From a virus, in IMG/VR virus record IMGVR_UViG_3300005573_000055, positions 91,524 to 155,523 of that record: a stretch of 64,000 nucleotides of DNA; one strand, written 5' to 3'. The notes below the pieces were generated by a model. The model had not been told where the DNA came from, did not search any database, and worked only from the letters and a program-made list of their open reading frames with translations. A program made the position numbers and the translations under genes. Positions 54,401 to 64,000 of the stretch are shown piece by piece; positions within the stretch are counted from its first letter, which is position 1, and every line of letters starts with the position of its first letter.

Positions 54401-56029
54401 ATGTTTGATAAAAATATATATATGACTGTTCCTCCGCCAAGGAATAAAGCTTTTGTATACTCTTATCCGTTGCAAGATGTGGGCTTATTAGATAAAGAAT
54501 ATCTTACAGGAGCACTAGGTCTATCTGAGGAGACACTTGAAAAAATCTTATCAAGACATGGTCTTACACTTGAAGAACTTCAAAGTGGAAGAACTATAGG
54601 TCTGCCTGAAAATATTTACAAAAGATTTGCTAAGTATCTTGGATATACAAAAGATCAGCAAATAGAAACACCATTTGTTATCGCTGGCCGTCTTCCATTG
54701 TATACACATGAAGGAGCTACGGTATCAAAATTTTACAATATATCCGAGCTTGTTGGTGATATTGCGCATGCTTATTATTCCGCACAAAGTAAAACAAAGC
54801 GTTTTAACCTTAAAACATTCCTTGAATATATAAAAATGCTTAGAAATATGAAGCAGTCGATTCTTCCTGATAGGATATATGCATCTCGAGCGCTGATGGC
54901 AGCCTCTGCGTCTGACCTTGATAGAGATGAACTTATGCTTATTTTGTTTAAGAATGCAGAGAAAAGGGCTATTCTTGAAGAAGAAGTTAAAGCAAATACG
55001 CCTGTGCTTGATAGAATATTTTATGAAGGCGGCAAAGGTGGTATTGGAAAAGTTGAACACGAGTTTAATACTTTGGTAGAAGCAGCTTATACAGAAATGC
55101 ATGCAATACCACAGTTTTATAACGCAGCTATAATATACCAAGAGCCACTTACGCCGCTAAGCAAACTTGTCAGTGGCACAGAAGAAGAGATAAGAGCTAA
55201 AGTGGCAGCTATCAATCAGTTTTTTACATCTTTGCCAGAAAGAGCTATCGGCGGTAAACGTGTCGCTACGATTGATGAGATGAATAATATAATGAATATA
55301 TTTAACACAAATATGAAAATGGAACAGCGTGTAAGTCTGTTAAGACAGTATATGCAAGCCGATCAGCCAGAGGGATTTGTAAAGATTGTTGAATCAATTA
55401 CAGACAAAGAGCTTGAACGTGTATTACAGCATGGCGATCAAATACCAGATGTAATTCGTGTTTTAGCAACAAGAAGTGTTTCTGCAAGAAATATAGAAGA
55501 TGTTATTGCACTTTTGAACTCACGTGGACTTACAGCTACTGAAGAAAGTGCCAATGCATTTTTGAGATTCATAGATGCATCTGTACCGAAAAGTCGATCT
55601 CTTAATACAGCTGGCAAGATGGCTTCTGATATAAGCGAGTCAACTATACCAAAGATGTTAAAAAGCAAAACTTTGTGGCTTGCAGTTGGTGCAAGTGCCG
55701 CTATGGCAATGGCATATGGCGATGAGATGTCTGTGCGTCTTCAAGAGGCTCGTGAAGTTTCAAGACCTGAAAACTTTGAGTCTATTCCAGCTGGTGCTGA
55801 GCCTATAGATCCACCAAAAGCTTATGTGGCAAAACCAAGACCAAAGAACTATCGCTACTATGTCCGCGGAGATATCCCAAGTTATATCAACCCTGCTTAT
55901 CTGAATACAGAATTCCAAAATGCTGGTTTTTCTAATACATATACATATATCAATCAAAGCAAGCAACTTGATTATTCTTACGTGCAAGAATTAAATGACG
56001 AACACAAATTAAACAGCTGGCAGCGTTAA
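51416..56029 (+). CDS. giant virion protein, candidate virion RNA polymerase-like protein
   Basis: 1537 aa; GRLP ... ASDLDRD (RxP...DxDxD order of two-barrel RNAPs). The CDS is certain, the function inferred. Confidence 0.45.
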   Translation: MSRTMADENVYQKPSEHEISPLAILGGAATLTAASIFGVHAAKYVKNYQKAAESASVVAKSAEAKVRAQSKETFSRKRFASNIADTMFDDLRLKNIPTEMINVEFINGMPRLKIRSTLISNIQRFLSKEDIEAFQNLIQTLANRIGTSFQVGVHFNNLGIPVSATAMFGTHKVSLGNFAINGQIMHATSGAKFRHIYTGQTFTDLQTYSMYNPLDIIVEDSRNTFATRFVSPKGVEAITRGNVPNLRELLKQEVMSYNRARFFLIQQAIQSPEFNSIYGLESIITDIDQSLRQIVREGIRNPAKIEAIRKGISPLLINPKNWTLKELSVYDPTIQQYALNFDKLVGETADYITHHTFGQSKSNYGIGIFSHPFEEQTLSEIIKDLTDKIPQGEHPLYQAFTREAVPLKQMNSLFQKMPAEVKALIQYTNTMPIGFYSVPQSDEYEFALFNKLAQLGIGNAGLPIAPMPKEGLMISRQWLRKRFMLPEVLDIPFAEEGIAEVDQNLDWLLNYIVSHSVNSEKLQTQLTSNKSIQRLLSEKNDLQYINNILLNKATGASKAQMKQALQFRNQMIHALSSEGLMETVLEDIAKNIGLRGGLDIKALYQHIYKTYQHGAKVKLPNVITLAKLPSKHITLELKKPGRQILKNIRLTEKGLRFEIARNYSFLQANTKVWGTMKSIGLRVAKNPRELVFAHMMAKLGYLPSEIINSGNIKQIREILRALKEKYMDIYKIIPKDVTVTHDFIRSSIVEGKGKGTLAELSALIGEHIIKNNPELQEILEKILYHEPGTKNTSQLGFGLFSVSPPYDYYGSNPKTSHAINSLWVDRLLGAGFTKTAGILEDMFDKETFYLMYKTFAPMFNPSLIPKDALVVDLDKLSISSVTKLTSGFLDESIEEANRIAKALFNIDKISPTTTFLVRHAETTANGAVQYRYTPIPLFESGYTSTFNEFHFVEQGQPIRKLINQKLFAALRHEKEGDFETAARLYQEARGIVAKIMFDKNIYMTVPPPRNKAFVYSYPLQDVGLLDKEYLTGALGLSEETLEKILSRHGLTLEELQSGRTIGLPENIYKRFAKYLGYTKDQQIETPFVIAGRLPLYTHEGATVSKFYNISELVGDIAHAYYSAQSKTKRFNLKTFLEYIKMLRNMKQSILPDRIYASRALMAASASDLDRDELMLILFKNAEKRAILEEEVKANTPVLDRIFYEGGKGGIGKVEHEFNTLVEAAYTEMHAIPQFYNAAIIYQEPLTPLSKLVSGTEEEIRAKVAAINQFFTSLPERAIGGKRVATIDEMNNIMNIFNTNMKMEQRVSLLRQYMQADQPEGFVKIVESITDKELERVLQHGDQIPDVIRVLATRSVSARNIEDVIALLNSRGLTATEESANAFLRFIDASVPKSRSLNTAGKMASDISESTIPKMLKSKTLWLAVGASAAMAMAYGDEMSVRLQEAREVSRPENFESIPAGAEPIDPPKAYVAKPRPKNYRYYVRGDIPSYINPAYLNTEFQNAGFSNTYTYINQSKQLDYSYVQELNDEHKLNSWQR

Positions 56030-56047
56030 GTAACAACGAGGTAGCAC

Positions 56048-59000
56048 ATGTCAAAAACTTTATTAATCGATGAAACCAAACAACAAAAAGTCAATAGCCA
56101 AACTGACAGCTACAACGATGTCGCATTCTTTGATCCATCGCTGTTTGAACAAGAACAAGAGTGGTATAAAACTGTAAGCCGATACTTATGGACTGATAAA
56201 GGCTTTGCAGATAATAGTCTGCCTGGTTTATACAGAGCTTATGCTGAAAAATATGTTGATCCTTATGTTAGTCCTGAGGATGAAGACTATTTTAGAATAA
56301 ATGACATTGTGCTTAGCATCCCGCCGCAGAATATTAGTGTTAACTTGCTCAACAAGCACGTTGAAGTTCCTCACATTCGGGGTAAAAGCTCTATTTCTGT
56401 TCCGACAGGATACAGCGAAATCCAGCTGGAAATATCGTTTTCAATTACAGAAAATCTTCTGCGCAAGGTTACTCTTTCCAGCGAAATAAACTATCGTCTT
56501 GTTCCTTTGCTTATACAGCTAAGACATATGCCTTTCTTTGTCATATCTAATAAATATGTTCGAGACCAGGTCTTCAAAGCTGTTAAAGACACCGAAAGCG
56601 GTGTAAATATTCCACCGCCGGATTTCCAATACGACTTGATGTTTACTTATCTCGGACATTCTATTTCTACACTTGCTGAAATGCCAAATACGCTTGAAGT
56701 GCATCTGTCATGTACTTTATTTAATTATTTGCCATACATGTCTCAAGTAAGATTTGTGAAGAATTACAAACGTGATAAAAATGGCATCATTCAGCGCATG
56801 GGAAGAAAGATAGTTAACCCTGGATTTACATACAATCCTTCGGAAAGCCGTGCTTTCTATGAGTTCTATGCCTTAGAATATAAGCGCCACCAGGAATTAA
56901 TAGGTCTGTATAACCCACGACCGTCAAGTAATAAAATGACTCTGACTTACTATACCTACTTCCCTATTCATCCTTCTTTGGATCCAAATCTTAAGAAAAA
57001 AGATACTTATTCAGATCTTTCAACGCTTGTTTCTAATGAACGCTTCTTAGGCAAAATGCCGTTTGAAAATAAACTTCCATCAAGTATGAATACAACCTCA
57101 GATATACCATTCCTAAATCAACAATTTCAGAATAAGCTTAAACCCTTTACATACGACCCGACAAGCGTACTCATCAAAGAACAGAAAGTAGACGCAGTAA
57201 AATCGTCGGTAAATAACGAAAGCAAAAGCAATTCTTCCTATAAGTTCGTTTTAACCAGCAAATATGGCAAGCGAGGAGGTGGATTCCATTATGGTATAGA
57301 TATAGCTCCTGCTGATCCAGAGGCTAAAAAAGAAGAGATTAAAATACCAATATATTCTCCGGCCAATGGTATAGCAAAGGCTGGATACGGCAAGAGAGAA
57401 GGCAACATGGTAGTACTTAAGGCAAATATCCATGATACAGAATACATGATCGTTTTTGCACATCTTGAAGCATCCTCGAAAAATATTAGTAAAGAAAAAT
57501 GGACCGATATTAAGGCAGGCGAGTTGATTGGCTATATGGGTAATACAGGGAATTCCACAGGCAAACATTTACATCTTGCCGTAGCTATACCAATCAACGA
57601 TAAATATCATAAATATATCAATCCATTAGAATTATTTAATAAAGGTGATGCTTTTAATACATGGGTTGATCTGCTTTTTACACCCCATGGAGTTACTCCC
57701 GAGGTTGAACCTGAAGAAGAGCCTAAACCATTGGAGTTTGATAAAGTAAGTTACGATAAGCTTGCAAAATTACTTAATGCATCCTTTGGAGCGGATAACT
57801 GGGAGATTATATCTCCGCCTATTAAAGGCGGTATTCCATATGTAAGAATAAGAAATTACTATACATTTAGTTTAGGCTATGAGTCTGGTATATCACTTGA
57901 TGGAATTGAGAACTATGGCTATACACCTATCCCAAGAATACCAATGTCTGGCTTTAGATTTGCTACACACCAATATATCGGTGGACATACAGAAAAGGCT
58001 ACATTGAGATTTACAGCCTACAATGAGCAGGGCTGCAAAATTCTTAATGACATCATAGCCATTTTTGATATTGTATCAAACAATTCACACCAGTATAAAC
58101 ATATTGCTTATCTTGATGGCATTGGCATTGCACATGATTATCTTAATACAATAGTTTCTGGAACATTCTTTACAATAAATGACTATTCTGTCTCTACACA
58201 TCCATCAATTCCAGGCGGTTCTGTATTTACAGTTGATATAACTGATTATACACGTGTCAAAGAATATATACAACGCTCCTTTGCTTTTGATAAGCCGCTT
58301 GACGAGGAAGATCTTACAAAAGCTATTAGAACGCTCATCAGCAAAATGCGTAAATATGCCAAGCAGTATCTTAAAGCATATTACTTAGCAAAAGATTATT
58401 CAATATCGTCTGGAGAATCACCACTTAAAATATATGATTCAGGTAAAGCTACTGCACTTGAATCATGCGATATTGAACTAATAGTTCGCAAAATCACTGA
58501 TAACACTTCTACAGAAGAAATTATCAAAGAGGCTGTCTTTGAGCTGCAAAGCATTCTTAATGATATGTCTACAATAAAATACTTTAAGGATGGCAGTATC
58601 AATCCAAAAATCAACGATAGATATGGTCTTTTCGATTTGGTCAAAGATGTTCTTGAAGATGGTGATATAAACTATGATACTTTTAAGGAATATATGACTA
58701 ATTTTCAGTTATTAGGACCCGAGGGTGTAAGAGGGAAAGCTTTAGCAGAATCACTCTTAAATAAAAGTGAAAAAAGAAAGTCCCCAAGATTAAATATATC
58801 GCAAAGCGAATTTCATGACAAATTAGCCAGACAGTCATATTCTGGCCAAACTGATTTAAATGCTTATGTTATCGAGTGGTTTTGGAGTTATGCACAATCT
58901 TTATATAAAATATTAAAAAAGAAAGGTGAAGATACTGGTCTTATTGCTCTTGAAAGCCTGAAAATACGACAGCTTACAAAACCCGCATATCTTGATTTTG

Positions 59001-61597
59001 ACCTGCCACCGACTATTAATCCTGATTACTACTTCTATCAGCCAAAACTGTATGATGATTACGATACAAAGAAAAAATACAAAGAGGAATCTGATGAAAG
59101 CTTAATGAATGCAATTAAAGAACGATATAGAATATACAAACGGCAGCTGGATATTAACGCTTTTAGCTCTAAAGAGTCTGCCAAAGAGCTTGACAGTATA
59201 TACTACGCACTTGTAGGAGAAGTTCAAGACAGCAACGGCCAGAATAATTATCTCGAGGAATTAATCAACAGCCGCCACAATAGTGTATCTGAAACAGACA
59301 TTACAGCATACAATTACACAAGGCTTTCGCAAGATAAGGCTTTGTATGAAAAGTATTACAATTTTATAGAAAGAAAATACGGCTCAGATGTTGCAAAATT
59401 TCTTGCACCTGATCCTAAAAGTGTATATCAAAATAAAGAAAAACTTGCCAAGTGTGTCAATGTTGATGAAGTCAATTTTCTTGTCTTTTCTGACAACGAA
59501 GAATTTGTCAGTGCTCTGTTTCTTCATAATGCACAAGAATACCGACAACGTGCAGAACAGGATACACTTGCTAAATGTTTTCCTGTCTTTAAGATATATC
59601 TTATAGAAGAAGACGACCAGGAAGAACTTTCTTTTCTGCGTGACGACTTAAACGAATATTATGGTCTCAATGCCATTCAAGAAATATACCTTGCTGAGCA
59701 TGATGACCAGCCTGTCTCTGTGTTGAATATACGATTTATCGATATTACAGGCAGATTTACTTCTATGAAGTATATTCAGTATCCATTTACTGAATCAAAG
59801 AAGTATATGGATACAGGGTTTGAAAATCCAATCAAGGGACTGCTCATACAAGATGGCACGCGTATTCAGTTTAGATTCGGATACTCGAACAATATAGATG
59901 AACTGCCTATTAAATTTAATGGCTATATAGCATCTATCTCTGCCCTCAACGAAACAGAGTATGAGCTTGTTTGTCAATCCTATGGTGCTGAGCTTGTTTT
60001 TGATATACATGGAGCTACAGAACCTGAACAGCTTGATGGTTTTTGCAACTCAGAACCTAAAAATATAGTTCATAGCTTGCTTTTATCACCATCGCTAAAA
60101 CATTTTGGCCGATGGAAACTGCGTTCTGTCAATAATCTTCAGTTTAGCGATCGTCGCACAGGCTTTTCTAATATACTTGGCAGCTACATTAAACTTAGAC
60201 CTGACGGAACAGAGCAACGCATATGGACATTGCTTGGCAGCACAGGTGGCTCATTTGAAGTAACACCTACAGATATGAATATCATTATACCAGAGGCAAG
60301 TGCTCTTGAGGGCTTAGATGAAGTGCTACATAAGTGGACTAATGATTTTATGGGTGCGCTTATAGGTATGGTAACAAGTTTAGATATTATTAATCCAGCT
60401 GCATGGTATAGAGCCATCTTTGATGCCCCATTTGCGGATTACTGGGTTTATAAAGAAAATACATATGAAGCATTGAATCACCTATTGTACAGATTTCCTG
60501 GATATATCATGTCTGTATTACCTTATGAAGACAGGGCTACATTATACATGGGCCCAAGAAATGGTGTTTATTACTACAGAGAATTTACACCATATGAAAA
60601 GATATTAATTCGTGATGCAAGCAGAAACAGAAGTTCAGATGCTTATAAAAACCTTGTTACTATAATAAGAAGCCGCACCATTAAACCTGCATCAGCATAT
60701 CATGTTGCTGCATCATACAAAAACATCATCAAAAATTCTATCAAAGCTGATTTTCGTGGAGTGTATACACAGGTAGAAGTGCCTATAGTTAAACTTACAA
60801 GAACAAAAGATCAGATAAAAGATGAATCATACATCACCGGCTCGGTCAAAATGAAACTCAATGATTTTCTTTATGATGAGGATTTGCGAACGACATATCT
60901 TGAGCTTATAAATACCACAGAGAAATATGCTTATACAGCTGCAGCACATGAACTACACCTGCAAGCAAAGAATCTGTATAAAGGCGACCTTTATATGCTT
61001 GCCAATCCAGAAATTAAGCCGCATGATACAATATTTCTTTTCGATACCATTGAAGCTATGACAGGACCTATTTATGTAAGAGAGCATATACTTACCTTTT
61101 CGCCGGATATGGGTGCTATATCAATAATCAAACCTGGTATGGTAAGTTTTATTAACTCAATGGTTCAGAAAACTGTATTTGATGCATTTGGATCATATCT
61201 TTTTGATAGTGAATTACATGATTTTGTAGAAAGAATGACTGGCGGATATCTGCCTGCTGCTATAATTGGATATAATGTTTTAAGAGCCGGAAGTGCAGCT
61301 GCATCTGTTGCAGCTGGAGGCACCATGTCAATTGTAGGAGCTCTCGTAGTAGTTGTAGGACTGGGTATGGGTATAAGTTTAGCTACGACTTTGGTCAATC
61401 TCGCAAAGAATAGACAGCCTATCTTCTTACAGCCGCTGATGAAAGATGGCATTCCATATCTTTTTGGTGTGCATCACTACAAGATCGGTTCAATGATTCA
61501 GTGGATAGAGCATAAGTGGCATATCTTTACACTCGGACTTAAGTTCTACGAGGAATTTGCACAGTCGTTTATTGACTCTTTGTTTGGAGAAACATAA
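56048..61597 (+). CDS. baseplate hub-like protein with M23 peptidase domain
   Basis: HYGIDIA, FAHL, IGYMGNTGNSTGKHLHL; hub-like GTRIQFRFGYSN...FNG and NPEIKPHD. Confidence 0.75.
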   Translation: MSKTLLIDETKQQKVNSQTDSYNDVAFFDPSLFEQEQEWYKTVSRYLWTDKGFADNSLPGLYRAYAEKYVDPYVSPEDEDYFRINDIVLSIPPQNISVNLLNKHVEVPHIRGKSSISVPTGYSEIQLEISFSITENLLRKVTLSSEINYRLVPLLIQLRHMPFFVISNKYVRDQVFKAVKDTESGVNIPPPDFQYDLMFTYLGHSISTLAEMPNTLEVHLSCTLFNYLPYMSQVRFVKNYKRDKNGIIQRMGRKIVNPGFTYNPSESRAFYEFYALEYKRHQELIGLYNPRPSSNKMTLTYYTYFPIHPSLDPNLKKKDTYSDLSTLVSNERFLGKMPFENKLPSSMNTTSDIPFLNQQFQNKLKPFTYDPTSVLIKEQKVDAVKSSVNNESKSNSSYKFVLTSKYGKRGGGFHYGIDIAPADPEAKKEEIKIPIYSPANGIAKAGYGKREGNMVVLKANIHDTEYMIVFAHLEASSKNISKEKWTDIKAGELIGYMGNTGNSTGKHLHLAVAIPINDKYHKYINPLELFNKGDAFNTWVDLLFTPHGVTPEVEPEEEPKPLEFDKVSYDKLAKLLNASFGADNWEIISPPIKGGIPYVRIRNYYTFSLGYESGISLDGIENYGYTPIPRIPMSGFRFATHQYIGGHTEKATLRFTAYNEQGCKILNDIIAIFDIVSNNSHQYKHIAYLDGIGIAHDYLNTIVSGTFFTINDYSVSTHPSIPGGSVFTVDITDYTRVKEYIQRSFAFDKPLDEEDLTKAIRTLISKMRKYAKQYLKAYYLAKDYSISSGESPLKIYDSGKATALESCDIELIVRKITDNTSTEEIIKEAVFELQSILNDMSTIKYFKDGSINPKINDRYGLFDLVKDVLEDGDINYDTFKEYMTNFQLLGPEGVRGKALAESLLNKSEKRKSPRLNISQSEFHDKLARQSYSGQTDLNAYVIEWFWSYAQSLYKILKKKGEDTGLIALESLKIRQLTKPAYLDFDLPPTINPDYYFYQPKLYDDYDTKKKYKEESDESLMNAIKERYRIYKRQLDINAFSSKESAKELDSIYYALVGEVQDSNGQNNYLEELINSRHNSVSETDITAYNYTRLSQDKALYEKYYNFIERKYGSDVAKFLAPDPKSVYQNKEKLAKCVNVDEVNFLVFSDNEEFVSALFLHNAQEYRQRAEQDTLAKCFPVFKIYLIEEDDQEELSFLRDDLNEYYGLNAIQEIYLAEHDDQPVSVLNIRFIDITGRFTSMKYIQYPFTESKKYMDTGFENPIKGLLIQDGTRIQFRFGYSNNIDELPIKFNGYIASISALNETEYELVCQSYGAELVFDIHGATEPEQLDGFCNSEPKNIVHSLLLSPSLKHFGRWKLRSVNNLQFSDRRTGFSNILGSYIKLRPDGTEQRIWTLLGSTGGSFEVTPTDMNIIIPEASALEGLDEVLHKWTNDFMGALIGMVTSLDIINPAAWYRAIFDAPFADYWVYKENTYEALNHLLYRFPGYIMSVLPYEDRATLYMGPRNGVYYYREFTPYEKILIRDASRNRSSDAYKNLVTIIRSRTIKPASAYHVAASYKNIIKNSIKADFRGVYTQVEVPIVKLTRTKDQIKDESYITGSVKMKLNDFLYDEDLRTTYLELINTTEKYAYTAAAHELHLQAKNLYKGDLYMLANPEIKPHDTIFLFDTIEAMTGPIYVREHILTFSPDMGAISIIKPGMVSFINSMVQKTVFDAFGSYLFDSELHDFVERMTGGYLPAAIIGYNVLRAGSAAASVAAGGTMSIVGALVVVVGLGMGISLATTLVNLAKNRQPIFLQPLMKDGIPYLFGVHHYKIGSMIQWIEHKWHIFTLGLKFYEEFAQSFIDSLFGET

Positions 61598-61693
61598 ACG
61601 CCATTTACAGAAAATTGATTTTCGATAAATATTCCTTGATTTCGCAATGTATCAGAAACTTATTTGTAATAATAAATTTTGGAATTCTCTGCC

Positions 61694-61924
61694 ATGTCAG
61701 AACCTACCATCAAAGGTGCTTGGATACCACTCATTAAACCAATAACTGATCTATCTACTGATGGGCTGCCCAGAATAGGAGATGTTGTAAAAGTGGTATA
61801 TGACGACTCTAAGCCACCGTGGAGTGGAGAAGCTATGCTTATTATTAATTCTGCTGATAATACATATGACAAGTACTACAGCCCTGAGGTTGGGGCTGAT
61901 ATTATTTATAGTCCTAAATTCTAG
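61694..61924 (+). CDS. small baseplate-region protein
   Basis: LPRIGDVVKV resembles spike OB-fold motif. Confidence 0.45.
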   Translation: MSEPTIKGAWIPLIKPITDLSTDGLPRIGDVVKVVYDDSKPPWSGEAMLIINSADNTYDKYYSPEVGADIIYSPKF

Positions 61925-61932
61925 GATCAAAG

Positions 61933-62427
61933 ATGGCCTTACGTGAAATCAAGGGAAATATAGTTGATCTATCAGTCCGCGAAAATGGGCTTACTTATGT
62001 TAAAGTAGCTGTAGGAGACCACGTCCTTGGTTCGGCTTCCAACAAAGACAGTATTACCGACATAGAAAACTCTGAAGATATAGAACTCTCTGAATTTAAG
62101 TCACGTATCATTAAATCCAGCGGCAATACATCTGCTTCTATTAAAGCAGCACCAAGCTATGCTGCTTTGATAGGAGATCACTTAAGCCGCATTATAACAA
62201 CTGAAAAGCATGGCAATTTCATTGTTGGACCAACAACTTTTACAGCCCATCCATCAATGATACGCATAAATGGAATATATAAATTCAATGGACTTATTAC
62301 ATCAACGATGCCATCAACAATTGTGACACCTGTACCTGTTTTAGAATTTGATTTTAATCTTTATGAATCACTTAAAAACCTTAAATCAAACTTGCAACAG
62401 CATTTAGATTTGCTACTCGAATACTAA
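61933..62427 (+). CDS. hypothetical baseplate protein
   Basis: ORF in baseplate cluster. Confidence 0.6.
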   Translation: MALREIKGNIVDLSVRENGLTYVKVAVGDHVLGSASNKDSITDIENSEDIELSEFKSRIIKSSGNTSASIKAAPSYAALIGDHLSRIITTEKHGNFIVGPTTFTAHPSMIRINGIYKFNGLITSTMPSTIVTPVPVLEFDFNLYESLKNLKSNLQQHLDLLLEY

Positions 62428-62436
62428 AGAGGTTCT

Positions 62437-62859
62437 ATGAGGGCTATAGTCGACATTAAAGAATCATATGAAGGCGATCTCTTTCTTGACAGAGTATCCG
62501 GTAATATAGTTACTACTGGCACAAACTACTTTGAAGCTTTTACTCAGATTGCTGGACGCATACTAAAAGTTGAGCCAGGTGATTATCCTGTATTCCCTTC
62601 TATGGGATTTCGCAGATCTGAATTTATAGGAAAGCCTAACACAGCTGAAGTTGGAGCTCAAATTGCTACAACTGTTAAAGATGTGCTCGTAGAAAACTCT
62701 GTATTTTACAAACCTGAAATAGATGTTGAATGCTTCCCTACTGGTCCGACTTCTATGGCTGTCAAAATAACACCTATCAGCATTCCCGACTCTGAGAATA
62801 GACAGTTTATTACAATCTTTGACACATCAGATAACATGATTAAATCAATGGTATTGTAA
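62437..62859 (+). CDS. gp25-like baseplate wedge protein
   Basis: Size; GDL....G, L...PGDY...P.MG...FIGKPN. Confidence 0.6.
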   Translation: MRAIVDIKESYEGDLFLDRVSGNIVTTGTNYFEAFTQIAGRILKVEPGDYPVFPSMGFRRSEFIGKPNTAEVGAQIATTVKDVLVENSVFYKPEIDVECFPTGPTSMAVKITPISIPDSENRQFITIFDTSDNMIKSMVL

Positions 62860-62860
62860 C

Positions 62861-64000
62861 ATGGACTATCTTGCAAATTTTGTTATTACATACGTTAATG
62901 GACTGTATGGCAATACTGATAACGTAATTACAGTTCAAGATGGTTCTATTCTACCAGACCCAGCCACTGTAGGTCAATATAATCTTGTCTGGTGGAATAT
63001 AACAGATTATCCCGTGCCTGTAGTAAATCCAAGTTATAAAGATCCCAATGTGGAGATAGTTCGTGTTATATCTAAATCTGGTAACACGATCACTATTTTA
63101 CGCGGCCAGGAGGGCACATCAGCTTCTGCTAAAAATACTACAGGTAAAACTTATGCTCTTGCTATGGCTATTACAGCCAAAGCTTTTAGTGATATTAAAA
63201 ATGAACTTGCAGAAAAAGCTAATCTATCGCATACTCATACAATAAGCGATCTTCCAATTGCTTCAAGTGGTGAAAGTTCCTCCACAAAAATAGTCAGAGC
63301 TGATGACAGCCGTCTTTCAGATGCAAGAACACCTCTTGCACATACTCATACTAAATCTCAAATTACAGATTTTACACACAGCCACACAATAAGCGATTTA
63401 CCGGTAGCTTCCTCTGGAGAGGTAAGTTCAACTAAAATTGTAAGAGCTGACGATAGTCGTCTTTCAGATGCACGAGCTCCGCTTTCACATACACATCCGT
63501 TTTCTGATATTACATCACGGCCAACAACACTTGCTGGATATGGTATAACTGATGCTGTACCAATTTCGCAAAAAGGTGCACCTAATGGTGTTGCAACTCT
63601 CGATAGTAATGGTTTAATACCATCAAATCAGCTGCCCTCTTATGTAGATGACATTGTTGAATATGATTCACAAACTAATTTCCCTTCTACGGGCAGTCCA
63701 TCTAAGATTTACGTTGCCTTAGACACAGGTAAACAATATCGCTGGTCAGGCAGTCAATATATTGACATATCAAGTGCATCAACCGCTGATACAGCATACA
63801 AACTTGCAACAGCTCGTCAGTTTAGTATTACTGGCGATGCGACAGCGTCTGCTGTAAACTTTGACGGCACGCAAAATGTAACCTTAAATGTTACTCTTGC
63901 ATCATCTGGAGTAACAGCTGGAACATATCCAAAAGTCACAGTTGACAGCAAAGGAAGAGTAATTGCTGGAGGCTCGCTTTCGGCAAGCGATATACCAAAT
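62861..64000 (+). CDS. tail fibre protein (partial, runs off window end; not in ORF track)
   Basis: Open from ATG 62861: EIVRV..RGQEGT; repeated HTHTISDLP.ASSGE.SSTKIVRADDSRLSDAR.PL.HTH; PTTLAGYGITDA; KGAPNGVATLD..G.IP..QLPSYVDD. Confidence 0.85.
   Translation, partial: MDYLANFVITYVNGLYGNTDNVITVQDGSILPDPATVGQYNLVWWNITDYPVPVVNPSYKDPNVEIVRVISKSGNTITILRGQEGTSASAKNTTGKTYALAMAITAKAFSDIKNELAEKANLSHTHTISDLPIASSGESSSTKIVRADDSRLSDARTPLAHTHTKSQITDFTHSHTISDLPVASSGEVSSTKIVRADDSRLSDARAPLSHTHPFSDITSRPTTLAGYGITDAVPISQKGAPNGVATLDSNGLIPSNQLPSYVDDIVEYDSQTNFPSTGSPSKIYVALDTGKQYRWSGSQYIDISSASTADTAYKLATARQFSITGDATASAVNFDGTQNVTLNVTLASSGVTAGTYPKVTVDSKGRVIAGGSLSASDIPN

Overview
The window is part of a large contractile-tailed (myovirus-type) phage genome with two divergent arms. 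The left arm (1 to ~18.9 kb, minus strand) carries early/accessory genes. These include an ATP-dependent DNA ligase fused to a LigD-type phosphoesterase domain, SSB, RNase H, many small ORFs, a Csx3/Crn3-family ring nuclease, a TM+SAVED-like protein, a PD-(D/E)XK nuclease, a radical SAM enzyme, a ~910-aa protein with a polymerase-like DxDD motif, and a MoxR AAA+/vWA pair. The right arm (19.4 kb to the end, plus strand) carries two regulators and then the virion module: terminase, portal, protease/scaffold, capsid, neck, sheath, three tube-like proteins, chaperones, three giant virion proteins, baseplate and tail fibre. The most striking unexplained signal is non-coding and lies in the left arm. 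There are three ~50-nt tRNA-like elements lacking an anticodon arm (acceptor stem, D-like arm, T-arm; two show compensatory base changes), which bracket csx3 and split the MoxR/vWA operon. There are also three 300-490 nt intergenic regions rich in pseudoknots and long-range kissing loops, a repeated promoter-like module (ACACACGC boxes + AATCGAACTA), and an AGGATAA/TTGAAAG repeat cassette. All protein calls come from motif recognition by eye; no database searches or folding programs were run.
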